Assembly (NCBI RefSeq): GCF_003010495.1
Contig: NZ_CP027570.1
Location: 390,001-422,000 of the forward strand
DNA from: Megasphaera elsdenii DSM 20460
GTDB taxonomy: Bacteria > Bacillota > Negativicutes > Veillonellales > Megasphaeraceae
Reading direction: 5' to 3'
DNA length: 32,000 bases
In this document: positions 1 to 8,559 of the stretch, in pieces
How positions within the stretch are numbered: position 1 is the stretch's first letter
Layout of the letters: each line of letters starts with the position of its first letter
Position numbers and translations under genes: made by a program
The notes under the pieces: model-generated
Databases searched by the model: none
Seen by the model: the letters and a program-made list of their open reading frames with translations, nothing else
Told to the model about the DNA's origin: nothing

Positions 1-29
1 AGCTGCGCATCAATTGCGCAGCTTTTTTT
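1..29. terminator. Intrinsic terminator hairpin at the window edge (AGCTGCGCA-tcaat-TGCGCAGCT followed by a T-run on the + strand)
   Basis: Perfect 9-bp stem at 1-9/15-23, with a T-run at 23-29. It lies 8 nt beyond the phoU stop. It may also close the minus-strand pst-phoU operon, but a minus-strand U-tract would fall outside the window. Confidence 0.55.
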
Positions 30-36
30 ATGCCTA

Positions 37-687
37 TTATAATCTGATTTCGTTGGTATCGCGATAGATGAGCCATTCGGCGATATTGTTGGCGTGGTCG
101 GCCATGCGTTCGATGTATTTGACGACCAGGACCAGGTCGATGTAGTCCTTGGAGTTTTCCGGATGGGCCGTCATTTCGGCAGCCAGCGTTTCCATGAGGT
201 TGTTGAAGGCCTGGTCGACGATATCGTCTTTATCGCGCATGAGGCTGGCCTGGGACGAAGTGCCCCGCTTTTTATAGAAATCAATGACATCGCTGACCAT
301 AGAGGCCATGACGCCGTACATTTCCTTAATGCCCTGCGGCAAGGGTACGTTGTGATGAGTCTGTTCCAAATGGATGACGTAGTGGCTGATGTCGGCGCAA
401 TGATCGGCAATGCGTTCTAAGTCGGAGAGGATTTTCAACGTCGCCATCAAGCTCCGGTAATCAGCCGCTACGGGACCCTGCATCATACTGATGGTCAAGT
501 CTTTCTTCATGCAGTTCTTGACCAGTTCATCGATGACGTCATCGCCATCGTAGATACGCTGGGCCAGTTCGATATCTTTCTGTTCCAGCGCCTTCCAGGC
601 ATTATCGACGGCCTGTTCGACCTTTATGCCCAAGTTGATCATATCGTTTTTCAATTCTGCTACGGATTTTTCGTAAATTTCCAGCAT
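37..687 (-). CDS. phoU: Phosphate signalling/transport accessory protein PhoU
   Basis: 216-aa ORF with two PhoU-type helical repeats carrying acidic metal-binding motifs (DDVIDEL, LERIADHCADI, IERMADHANNI). It is the last gene of the pst cluster. Confidence 0.9.
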   Translation of the reverse strand: MLEIYEKSVAELKNDMINLGIKVEQAVDNAWKALEQKDIELAQRIYDGDDVIDELVKNCMKKDLTISMMQGPVAADYRSLMATLKILSDLERIADHCADISHYVIHLEQTHHNVPLPQGIKEMYGVMASMVSDVIDFYKKRGTSSQASLMRDKDDIVDQAFNNLMETLAAEMTAHPENSKDYIDLVLVVKYIERMADHANNIAEWLIYRDTNEIRL

Positions 688-704
688 AAGTGCCTTTCCT
701 CCTC

Positions 705-1460
705 TTAACCGAAACGGCCGGTAATGTATTCTTCCGTCTTGGGATTGGACGGATTGGTGAACATATTCAAAGTATTATCGTATTCAATGAGTTCGCCTAA
801 GAGGAAAAATGCCGTCTTATCGGAAATGCGGCGGGCTTGCTGCATGCTGTGTGTGACAATGACGATCGTATATTTTTCCTTCAGTTCTAAGGCCAGGTCT
901 TCGATTTTCTGCGTCGAAATCGGGTCCAAAGCAGATGTCGGTTCGTCCATGAGGATGACCGATGGATCGGCTGCTAACGTACGGGCGATACAGAGACGCT
1001 GCTGCTGACCACCAGAGAGGCCGAGGGCGCTCTTACTGAGGCGGTCTTTCATTTCATCCCAGCAGGCAGCCTGGCGCAGGCTCTTTTCGACGATGGCGTC
1101 GAGCTGCTTCTTATCTTTGATGCCCTGGATGCGCGGACCATAAGCGATATTTTCATAGATGCTCTTCGGGAACGGCGTCGGCTGCTGGAAGACCATGCCG
1201 ACACGGTAGCGCAGGGCCAAAGGGTCGACTTCTTTGAAGATATCTTTGCCTTCAAAGCGGATATCCCCAGTAACCCGACAGCCTTCAACCCAGTCGTTCA
1301 TGCGGTTCAGTGTCTTGAGGAATGTCGATTTGCCGCAGCCAGACGGGCCGATGAGAGCCGTGATTTCATTCTTCTTAATCTTCATGTTGATGTCTTTCAA
1401 GGCCTGGAAATCATTATAAAAGAGATCCATATGGCTGACATCGAAGGTATATTCTGACAT
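705..1460 (-). CDS. pstB: Phosphate ABC transporter ATP-binding protein PstB
   Basis: 251 aa with Walker [13 protein letters not shown] signature LSGGQQQR and Walker [12 protein letters not shown]. Size and position are typical of PstB. Confidence 0.95.
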   Translation of the reverse strand: MSEYTFDVSHMDLFYNDFQALKDINMKIKKNEITALIGPSGCGKSTFLKTLNRMNDWVEGCRVTGDIRFEGKDIFKEVDPLALRYRVGMVFQQPTPFPKSIYENIAYGPRIQGIKDKKQLDAIVEKSLRQAACWDEMKDRLSKSALGLSGGQQQRLCIARTLAADPSVILMDEPTSALDPISTQKIEDLALELKEKYTIVIVTHSMQQARRISDKTAFFLLGELIEYDNTLNMFTNPSNPKTEEYITGRFG

Positions 1461-2338
1461 TATTTATTTCCTCCCATTTTCTTGTCAATTCGATAGCTGA
1501 GATAGCGTGCAGCCAGGCTGAAGACGAGGACCATGACCATCAGGATGGCCGACGACGCAGCTGCCTGCTGGGCCGCATCGGCATGAAGAGCTTCCGTGCG
1601 CAGGGCCCAGATGTGCAGGGCCAGGGTTTCGCCGGGACGGAAGGGATTGAGGGGACACGACGTGGCCGTAATATCCCAGTTCGTCCAGTCGATATCCGTC
1701 GACATACCGGCCGTGAACATCAGGGCTGCGGCTTCACCGAAGCCACGGCCAGCGGCCAGGATGAGGCCGGTCATGATGCGCGGGAAGCAGGCCGGCAAGA
1801 GGACATGCCAGATGGTCTGCCAATGCGAGGCCCCCAGGCCCAGGCTGCCGTTACGGTAGCTCGACGGCAAGTTGCGCAGGGCGTCTTCGGTGACGGACGT
1901 GACCAAAGGCAGGGTCAGGATGGATACGGCCATGGCGCCGGCCATGAGGTTCCATTGGGAACCGGTCATGACGATGAAGACCAGGTAGCCGAACAGGCCG
2001 ACGACGATAGACGGCAGGGATGCCAAGGTTTCGACAGCCATGCGGACCCAATGAGTGATGCGCCCTTTCTTGGCGTATTCAGCCAGGAAAATGCCGGCCG
2101 GGATCCCCGTAATGGTACTGGCGACGAGGGCCAGGACGACCAGATAAATCGTATTGAAGAACATGTTCCCCAACCCCGTCGGGCTGAAGGACAAGAGCTG
2201 CGGCGTCATACCACTGATGCCGCTGACGACGACGTAGAGGACAAAGGCGATGAGCAGGATGACGGCAAAAGCAGCGCCAGCCGTAAAAAGGGCCGTCATC
2301 ATTTTATCTTTATTTTTTTTCGTTTCCACACTTGTCAT
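1460..2338 (-). CDS. pstA: Phosphate ABC transporter permease PstA
   Basis: 292-aa polytopic membrane protein located between pstC and pstB, with a 1-nt overlap with the pstB start. Confidence 0.9.
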   Translation of the reverse strand: MTSVETKKNKDKMMTALFTAGAAFAVILLIAFVLYVVVSGISGMTPQLLSFSPTGLGNMFFNTIYLVVLALVASTITGIPAGIFLAEYAKKGRITHWVRMAVETLASLPSIVVGLFGYLVFIVMTGSQWNLMAGAMAVSILTLPLVTSVTEDALRNLPSSYRNGSLGLGASHWQTIWHVLLPACFPRIMTGLILAAGRGFGEAAALMFTAGMSTDIDWTNWDITATSCPLNPFRPGETLALHIWALRTEALHADAAQQAAASSAILMVMVLVFSLAARYLSYRIDKKMGGNK

Positions 2339-2339
2339 G

Positions 2340-3263
2340 TTAATTCCGTCCCCCTTTTACTTCGGAAGCGGCATTGATCTGATGAATGACGAAGATGAAC
2401 AAGAACGACAGCAGGAACAGGACCAAAGCCATCGTCCACAGAGCTGCGTTGTATTCACCGCCTTCCATGGCGCCGCCCATGTCGGCAGAAATAGCTGTCG
2501 TCAGCGTACTGGCCGGCAGGAACAGGGACGTCGGGAAGACTTTCATCTGGCCGATGACCATGGCGACAGCCAGGGCTTCGCCCAAAGCACGGGCCAGGCC
2601 TAGGATAATGCCGGTGAAGATACCGCTTTTCGCTGCCGGCAGGACGACGTGGGCAATCGTTTCCCACCGCGTCGCACCGAGGCCGTAAGACGCTTCACGC
2701 CAGGACTTAGGCACGGCGGCCATGGCATCGGCAGCCATAGTCGTAATGGTCGGGAAAATCATGATAGCCAGGACAATGCCGGCAGCCAGGACGGAAAAGC
2801 CAAAGGGCATGGGGAAAATGTGGCGCAGGGCCGGGATGAGGACGGTCATGCCGACGAAGCCATAGACAACGGACGGGATGCCCGTGAACAATTCGATAGC
2901 CGGCTGGATGAGGCGCCGCCGCTGAGGCGTCGCGATTTCCGTCATATAGATGGACGAAGCCAGGCTGAAGGGCAGGGAAATGATCAGCGACAAGAGACAG
3001 GTGACCAGCGAACCGGCCAGGAACATGGCCGCCCCGACCTGGCCGCCGCCTTCGGCGGTATCACTCGGTTTCCACTGACCGGAAAAGAGAAATTCCGTCA
3101 CGCTGTGGCCAAAGGTGAAAAACGTATCTGTACCTTTAATGAAGAGAAAAGCGCCAATGAGAAGCGGCACCAGTGCCATACCGATGCCGCAAATAGTGAT
3201 GAACGTTTTGGCTGCTTTCTCGTTGCGGTGAGCCCGTTGGACTACCGTTTCGATTGCATTCAT
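2340..3263 (-). CDS. pstC: Phosphate ABC transporter permease PstC
   Basis: 307-aa polytopic membrane protein directly downstream of pstS and abutting pstA. Confidence 0.9.
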   Translation of the reverse strand: MNAIETVVQRAHRNEKAAKTFITICGIGMALVPLLIGAFLFIKGTDTFFTFGHSVTEFLFSGQWKPSDTAEGGGQVGAAMFLAGSLVTCLLSLIISLPFSLASSIYMTEIATPQRRRLIQPAIELFTGIPSVVYGFVGMTVLIPALRHIFPMPFGFSVLAAGIVLAIMIFPTITTMAADAMAAVPKSWREASYGLGATRWETIAHVVLPAAKSGIFTGIILGLARALGEALAVAMVIGQMKVFPTSLFLPASTLTTAISADMGGAMEGGEYNAALWTMALVLFLLSFLFIFVIHQINAASEVKGGRN

Positions 3264-3281
3264 GTCGTTCCTCCAGTAAAA

Positions 3282-4160
3282 TTAGTGAACTTCTTTGGTC
3301 TGCATCTTCGAGCTTACGCCATAGCCGAGTTCTTCGATGCGTTTGCCGTAATCGGCGCCCGTAATGTATTCGATGAAGGCTTTGACGGCAGCTTTCGGTT
3401 CTTTGCTGGTGTAGATATGTTCATAGCCCCAGACGCTGTAGGTACCGTTATAGGTATTTTCCAGGGTCGGTGCTACGCCATCGATGGAAACGGAGTCGAC
3501 TGTGTCGTTATTGAGCAGGTACGGCAGTGCAACATAGCCGATAGCGCCCGGATTCTGAGCGACGCTCTGGATGAGGATACCGGAGTTATCCGTTTCCAGG
3601 GATTTATTGTCGGCTTCTTCCGCGCCGTTGATAGCGTACTGTTTGAACAGGGCCCGCGTACCGGACGTCTTCGGGCGGGTAACCAGGACGATTGGCATAT
3701 CTTTGCCGCCGACATCTTTCCAGTTCGTGACTTTCGCCGTGAATACGTCCTGTAACTGCTGACGGGTCAGGTTCTTGACGCCTACGTCTTTATTGATGAT
3801 CGTAGCGACCGTCATGACACAGACTTTATGGTCTTCCAATTTTTCCGCTTTGGCTTTATCTAGTTTCGTTTCAGCCGGTACGTCGGAGTTGCCCATATCG
3901 ACAGAACCATCGGAAACCTGTTTCAGACCCGTGCCAGAACCGCCGGCATTCAAGGTGATCGTTACGTCTTTATTCGTCGTCTTGAATTTTTCAGCTGCAT
4001 CTTTGACCAAAGGCAGCAGCGCCGAAGAACCCGAACCGGTAATACTGCCGGAAACAGCCGAACCTTTCCCGGCATCTGCTTTCTGCTGACTTCCGCAGCC
4101 GGCAGCCCCAATGGCCATAGTAGCAGCTAAGGCGACAAGAACTAACTTTTTCCATTTCAT
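3282..4160 (-). CDS. pstS: Phosphate-binding lipoprotein PstS
   Basis: 292 aa. It has a signal peptide with a lipobox-like AIGAAG-C, PstS-like GSGSSAL and TSGT segments, and an AAAGGAGAGG RBS 8 nt upstream of the ATG. Confidence 0.9.
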   Translation of the reverse strand: MKWKKLVLVALAATMAIGAAGCGSQQKADAGKGSAVSGSITGSGSSALLPLVKDAAEKFKTTNKDVTITLNAGGSGTGLKQVSDGSVDMGNSDVPAETKLDKAKAEKLEDHKVCVMTVATIINKDVGVKNLTRQQLQDVFTAKVTNWKDVGGKDMPIVLVTRPKTSGTRALFKQYAINGAEEADNKSLETDNSGILIQSVAQNPGAIGYVALPYLLNNDTVDSVSIDGVAPTLENTYNGTYSVWGYEHIYTSKEPKAAVKAFIEYITGADYGKRIEELGYGVSSKMQTKEVH

Positions 4161-4235
4161 AAAAAATCCTCTCCTTTGAATAAACGAATCTGAGATGTTC
4201 CTGATTCTGAATACAGTCTTATCCTACCAAGGAGA

Positions 4236-4263
4236 TGTAAGGACTTTATGTATGTAATGTAAA
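4236..4263 (-). promoter_or_regulatory. Candidate Pho boxes (PhoP/PhoB-type direct repeats) upstream of pstS
   Basis: The minus strand reads TTTACA (4263-4258), TACATA (4252-4247) and CTTACA (4241-4236). These are three TTnACA-like hexamers with exact 11-bp phasing, about 75-100 nt upstream of the pstS ATG. Confidence 0.5.
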
Positions 4264-4270
4264 ATATTGT

Positions 4271-4306
4271 AAAAAAGGCGCTGTCCCATGAAGACAGCGC
4301 CTTTTT
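4271..4306. terminator. Bidirectional intrinsic terminator after phoR (A6-GGCGCTGTC-ccatgaa-GACAGCGCC-T5)
   Basis: Perfect 9-bp GC-rich stem at 4277-4285/4293-4301, flanked by an A-run and a T-run. It separates phoPR from the pstS promoter. Confidence 0.8.
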
Positions 4307-4341
4307 GAGTTTGAAGTTGAAAGTTTGATGTTTGATGTATC
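4307..4341 (+). repeat. Five tandem degenerate heptamers (GAGTTTG AAGTTGA AAGTTTG ATGTTTG ATGTATC) abutting the terminator
   Basis: Read directly from the sequence. The 26-nt string at 4300-4325 is identical to 23237-23262, and a reverse-complement copy lies at 14231-14265. Confidence 0.8.
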
Positions 4342-4396
4342 GGACGGGTATGGGGCCCCTGACCGGAAAATCATCCCTACGGATGGCCCCTCCTCC

Positions 4397-6097
4397 CTAC
4401 ATCGGTAAGGTGATGGTAATCGTCGTGCCTTCGTTTTCCTTGCTGCTCAAGGCGATAGTGCCGTGATGCTGTTCGACGATGTGCTTGACGATAGCCAGGC
4501 CCAGGCCGGTCCCTTTGATTTTGCGGGACCGGCTGGAATCGGCCCGGTAAAAGCGTTCAAAGACGCGCTGCTGTTTGTCTTCAGGGATGCCGATGCCCGT
4601 ATCACAGATGCTGAAAAAGGCCTTATGGTCGTCGTGGCGGACAGTGATGTAGACATGGCCGCCTGGGCGGTTGTACTTGACGGCATTGTCCAGGAGATTC
4701 ATGATCAGTTCCCGGAAAAGGCCGCGGTCGGCCAGCACTTCGGTGTCGTCCATGGTACACTGGACGGTCACTTTCTTTTCCGTCAGGACCGGCTCCATAA
4801 ATTCTACGATATCCTGGACCAAGTCGCGCAAGCATAGCCGTTCCAGGTTAACTTGGCGCTTGCCGTCTTCGATGCGGGCCAAGTGCATGATTTCTTCGAT
4901 CATCTGCAAGAGGCGCAGGGCTTCCTTACGGATGAGCGTCCCGAAATGGATGACGTCGTCTTTATTCTTGAAGAGGCCCGTCGACAAGACTTCGGCAAAG
5001 CCGCTGATGGAAGTAAGCGGCGTCTTCAGTTCATGGGATACATTGGACGTAAATTCCCGCCGCAGCTGTTCCCGGTGTTCTTGTTCGGTCACATCATCGA
5101 TGATGAACAACATGCCGTAGAAATCATCATTTTTATAGACTGGCTGAAGAGTCAGCAGATAGAGGCGGTCCGCCCGCATGAGTTTCGTCTCACAGACACT
5201 GTCCATATGCTGCAGCCTGTCCCAGGGCGCATCGGGAAGGAGTTCCTGGAGGTTGCGCTGCAGGACAGCCTGTGTATTCCCAGCGCCCAGGAAGCGGGCT
5301 GCCCGCAGGTTGAGGCCGGCAATGCCATAGGATTTATCCGTCAGGATGACGCCTTCCTGGAGATTTTCCATGATGAGGCGCATGATATTGCGCTGTTGTT
5401 CCAGACTGCGCATATTATCCGCAATGGTCTGGCTCTGCAAAAAGACCTTGTCCACTAAGGGCTGTAATTCATGGTCGACGCGCGGCGGCTGGACCATCTT
5501 CACATCGCTGTCATTGATCTGGCGGATGAACAAAGCCGTCTGCCGGAGCGGGCTGAGCAGGCTCGCCGTCAGCAGGCGCGAGGCCTTGACACAGGCCAGG
5601 GCCGACAGTCCCAAGAGCAGGAGGGCCCACGGCAGGAGGCTGAGGAAGTGAGCATAAAACGTATCCCTTTCCAAGCTGATCCGCAAGATGGTCCCATCAG
5701 GCAATTTCTTGGCATAATAATAGAGGGCCTTAGACAGGGTCTGGGAATCGCGGACGGCTGTCCCTTCCCCATTTTCAATCGCCGCCCGTACTTCCGGCCG
5801 GGCCAGGTGATTTTCCATGATTCCTTTATCGTAATCCGATTCAAAGAGGACATCGCCGCGGGCATTGATCCAAGTGATACGCAGGCCGTTCGTATGATGG
5901 ATGCCGATTTTCTTCAAATACAGGGACGTATCATGGCCTTCTTCAAGGGCCGTTTCGACGACATCCATGGTCATCGTCAATTCCTGCTGGATCTGATGCT
6001 GTGTAGAACGCCAGAAGAACCACGTCGAAATGAGCAGGGTCACAGCCATACAGGCCAGGCCCATGGACAACAGGCTGAGATAGACTTTCCGCTTCAT
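4397..6097 (-). CDS. phoR: Sensor histidine kinase, PhoR-like
   Basis: 566 aa. It has two N-terminal TM segments flanking an extracytoplasmic region, H-box SHELKTPLTSI, and ATP-lid motifs LLDNAVKY, DTGIGIP and GTGLGLAIV. It overlaps the upstream response regulator by 4 nt. Confidence 0.85.
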   Translation of the reverse strand: MKRKVYLSLLSMGLACMAVTLLISTWFFWRSTQHQIQQELTMTMDVVETALEEGHDTSLYLKKIGIHHTNGLRITWINARGDVLFESDYDKGIMENHLARPEVRAAIENGEGTAVRDSQTLSKALYYYAKKLPDGTILRISLERDTFYAHFLSLLPWALLLLGLSALACVKASRLLTASLLSPLRQTALFIRQINDSDVKMVQPPRVDHELQPLVDKVFLQSQTIADNMRSLEQQRNIMRLIMENLQEGVILTDKSYGIAGLNLRAARFLGAGNTQAVLQRNLQELLPDAPWDRLQHMDSVCETKLMRADRLYLLTLQPVYKNDDFYGMLFIIDDVTEQEHREQLRREFTSNVSHELKTPLTSISGFAEVLSTGLFKNKDDVIHFGTLIRKEALRLLQMIEEIMHLARIEDGKRQVNLERLCLRDLVQDIVEFMEPVLTEKKVTVQCTMDDTEVLADRGLFRELIMNLLDNAVKYNRPGGHVYITVRHDDHKAFFSICDTGIGIPEDKQQRVFERFYRADSSRSRKIKGTGLGLAIVKHIVEQHHGTIALSSKENEGTTITITLPM

Positions 6098-6777
6098 ACA
6101 TTCCCTCCAATGACGTATCCGACGCCGCGCACGGTATGGATGATCTTGCCGCCATCGCCCAGCTTCTGGCGCAGGCTCTTGATGTGCATGTCGATGGTCC
6201 GGCTTTCGCCTTCATAGGTAAAGCCCCAGACCGCTTCCATGATCTGTTCCCGCTTGAGGACGATATCCGTATTGACCAGGAGATAGCGCAGGAGTTCAAA
6301 TTCTTTTACCGTCAAGTGACACGGCTTGCCCTCGACGGTGACGACATGCTTTTCCTGGTCCAGGGCAACCGGCCCATACGTATAGAGATTCGTTTCCGTA
6401 TTCTGCCGGCCCGAACGGCGCAGGACAGCGCGGATACGGGAAATGAGCTCGACGATGCCGAAGGGTTTGCAGACGTAATCGTCGGCGCCACCGTCCAGGC
6501 CTTTGACAATGTCATATTCGCTGGTCTTGGCCGTCAGCATGATGACGGGAAGCGTCTTATACGGCTGGGTCTTGCGCAGTTTTTCCAATATGTCGTTGCC
6601 GCTTTCACCGGGCAGCATGATGTCCAAAAGGAGCAAAGCCGGCATCCGCTTCTCTAAGGCCGGCCAAAATTCCTTGCTGTCGGCAAAAGTCTCGACTTCA
6701 AAATCCTGGCTGCGCAGGGCATAACCGACGAGTTCACGAATATTTTCATCATCTTCGACACAGTAAATCAAAGGCAT
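6094..6777 (-). CDS. phoP: OmpR/PhoB-family response regulator, PhoP-like
   Basis: 227 aa with a receiver domain (LLLDIMLPG context) and a winged-helix output domain (TVRGVGYV). It is adjacent to the pst operon and to Pho-box-like repeats. Confidence 0.88.
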   Translation of the reverse strand: MPLIYCVEDDENIRELVGYALRSQDFEVETFADSKEFWPALEKRMPALLLLDIMLPGESGNDILEKLRKTQPYKTLPVIMLTAKTSEYDIVKGLDGGADDYVCKPFGIVELISRIRAVLRRSGRQNTETNLYTYGPVALDQEKHVVTVEGKPCHLTVKEFELLRYLLVNTDIVLKREQIMEAVWGFTYEGESRTIDMHIKSLRQKLGDGGKIIHTVRGVGYVIGGNV

Positions 6778-6824
6778 AGGGCTACAGTCCTTTCATGTAA
6801 AATCCAGTTTTCTCATTCTATTCC

Positions 6825-6869
6825 ATTATAGCGCAAAACCGGCTAAAAACAGTGTAAAAAGAGGGTAAA
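6825..6869 (-). promoter_or_regulatory. phoPR promoter region: -10 TATAAT plus three Pho-box-like direct repeats
   Basis: The minus strand reads TTTACC-ctctt-TTTACA-ctgtt-TTTAGC (6869-6842, 11-bp period), then 11 nt, then TATAAT (6830-6825). This suggests autoregulation. Confidence 0.55.
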
Positions 6870-6873
6870 AAAA

Positions 6874-7045
6874 GGGCTTGTCGCACGACGACAAGCCCTT
6901 TAAAGTTGTTAGTGGCTAGCAGTTAGTTGTTAGCGGATGGCTTTAAATTTGAAGGTTTTCTCTGCAAACTACAAACTCTGTGCTACAAACTATAAAGTAA
7001 ACGGGGCCTCTCATGATGGCAGAAACCTTCGTGCGGCAGTGCCCC
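6874..7045. repeat. Composite intergenic element, copy A (hairpin 1, heptad array, inverted heptad array, hairpin 2)
   Basis: Hairpin 1 is GGGCTTGTCG-cacga-CGACAAGCCC (6874-6898) and is preceded by A7, giving a minus-strand terminator. Heptads AAGTTGT TAGTGGC TAGCAGT TAGTTGT TAGCGGA occupy 6903-6937. Inverted heptads CTGCAAA CTACAAA CTCTGTG CTACAAA CTATAAA occupy 6962-6996. Hairpin 2 is GGGGC...GCCCC (7003-7045), containing CATGATGGCAGAAACCTTCGTG. The whole element aligns with 10608-10771. Confidence 0.8.
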
Positions 7046-7047
7046 TT

Positions 7048-8559
7048 TTAGAAATCGAAGTCCTTGGCCTTGATCTTGACCTGCCATTCTTTATCGACCT
7101 GTTTATAGGTAATGGTCGCAATGAAGGAGTGGAGGTCGCGGACCCAGGTGTAGTTGCGGTCGGAAATGTGATCATCGTCGAGGTCCTGGGCCCAGGAGAA
7201 GATGACCGTATCCCGCGGTGTCAGGACGTAGCCGATGGACAGGCCGTGCTGACGGGGGTCATCGAGGGTATCGAAGCGATACGGCGTGTAGCCGCTGACG
7301 TTGTGTTTCTTATACCAGAAGCTGGTCCACAAGCGATCGTTGATGCCCTGGTTGAGGATGACGCCGGAATAAGGATCGCGGCGCTGAGCATCATCGGTAG
7401 AATACCAATCCTTGCGGTAGCCGGCGAAGAAGCGCACATTGGCACGCTGCCATAAGGGGATAGGCGTATGAGTGATTTCCGTGCGGAAGCCTTTATGGGT
7501 CCCCGTCTTGACGCCATCTTCGGCCCAGCGGCCCCAGTTGGCACTGGAATCGATGTAAATGCCGGTGTCGCCGAGATGGAGGCGCGGTGCAAAGTATTCC
7601 AGTTCCGGCCACTTCGTAGCCCAGATGTTATCGTCGTTATCGGTACTTTCCTCCTTGCTGTAGCCAAAGCGGAAGGACCCGATTTTGGTATCCTTCTGTA
7701 TCTGTGCCGCCGGCTTGAGGCCATTCTTGGAGTTCAAGGCATAGCTGGCATGGAATTTCAAGTCACCTGACTGATTAAGCGGTACATCAGCATACCCCCG
7801 GACGCCGATGCCGTCATCGCTGTTATACGTCGGCCGCGGCAGCAACGTAAAGATGTAATGCTTGGTTTTATTCTTGTTATCCAACCGGCCCTCGTAATGG
7901 CCATAGGTGAACAGGCGGACGTGCTTGAACCAGAGGGCCGTATTTTCAGCCGTGAACTTTTCCCCCGGATAGATGCGGATATCGTCACCGGTAATATAAT
8001 AGTCCGGCGTCTTGGCAACGGCATGGGGCGTCGTAATCAGGCCGTGCTTGACGTAGCCGATATTGTCGTACATTTCGGCATCGGTCCCGCGGATATAGGT
8101 CGTAGGACCCATGAAGCCTTCGACCTTATCCATGCTCATGCTGCCGTTCTGGCTGTTATAGGTCACATCCTGCCCGGTCAGGGCATTGGTCTCATTGACA
8201 TAGACCACAGGCCCTTTCGTATGGTAGACGCCGCTTTTCATATTGCCTTCGACATAGTTGGCATGGACTTCATCCATGCCCTGCTTGATGTCGACATTAC
8301 CCCGGCTCTTGACATAGCCGTCGGCATTACGGGCGAAAAAGGTATCGGCCGTCATATGGACGGGCTGCTGCGGCAGGACGACGTCTTGCGAAGCGGCGGC
8401 CTGGTCCAAATCGACAGGCAGGATTTTCTTTTCTGTCACGGGAACGGCCATGACCTTATCCGTATGAAGTTTAGCTGTATCAGCGGCACTGGCCGAAAGA
8501 GTCAGCGGCAGCAGGGCTGCGATCATCGCCGCTGTCCACGTTTTATTCATTCGCGTCAC
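7048..8559 (-). CDS. Outer-membrane protein, OstA/LptD-like (short form)
   Basis: 503 aa. It has a signal peptide (LTLSASA-AD) and an N-terminal OstA/LptA-like beta-jellyroll segment (GNVDIKQGMDEVHANYVEGN...VVYVNETNALTGQDVTY). The C-terminal half is rich in aromatic and alternating residues and ends in a terminal Phe (DFDF), typical of beta-barrel OMPs. Confidence 0.6.
   Translation of the reverse strand: MTRMNKTWTAAMIAALLPLTLSASAADTAKLHTDKVMAVPVTEKKILPVDLDQAAASQDVVLPQQPVHMTADTFFARNADGYVKSRGNVDIKQGMDEVHANYVEGNMKSGVYHTKGPVVYVNETNALTGQDVTYNSQNGSMSMDKVEGFMGPTTYIRGTDAEMYDNIGYVKHGLITTPHAVAKTPDYYITGDDIRIYPGEKFTAENTALWFKHVRLFTYGHYEGRLDNKNKTKHYIFTLLPRPTYNSDDGIGVRGYADVPLNQSGDLKFHASYALNSKNGLKPAAQIQKDTKIGSFRFGYSKEESTDNDDNIWATKWPELEYFAPRLHLGDTGIYIDSSANWGRWAEDGVKTGTHKGFRTEITHTPIPLWQRANVRFFAGYRKDWYSTDDAQRRDPYSGVILNQGINDRLWTSFWYKKHNVSGYTPYRFDTLDDPRQHGLSIGYVLTPRDTVIFSWAQDLDDDHISDRNYTWVRDLHSFIATITYKQVDKEWQVKIKAKDFDF

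Noticed and set aside
2649-3755. Long + strand ORF (368 aa). Similar long antisense ORFs occur at 1583-2377, 5471-6217, 7858-8820, 15286-16008, 20585-21679, 25124-26176, 26325-27551, 28602-29492 and 29383-30228.
   Set aside because: All lie antisense to genes with strong motif-level homology. Their products are Arg/Gly/Asp/His-rich low-complexity strings typical of the reverse frames of GC3-biased genes. None has a credible RBS or a recognisable domain. I treat them as shadow ORFs.
6874-7045. Autonomous mobile element (IS or transposon) explaining the repeats.
   Set aside because: There is no transposase, integrase or recombinase ORF anywhere in the window, and no obvious terminal inverted repeats with target-site duplications. 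If the elements are mobile, they are non-autonomous.
7013-7051. Mini-ORF ATGATGGCAGAAACCTTC... (MMAETFVRQCPF) inside the conserved hairpin-2 core. The same ATGATGGCA start occurs at 10742 and 26329.
   Set aside because: There is no RBS. The downstream reading frames and lengths differ completely among the three copies, and each is antisense to a gene's 3' end. The conservation is better explained at the nucleotide or structure level.
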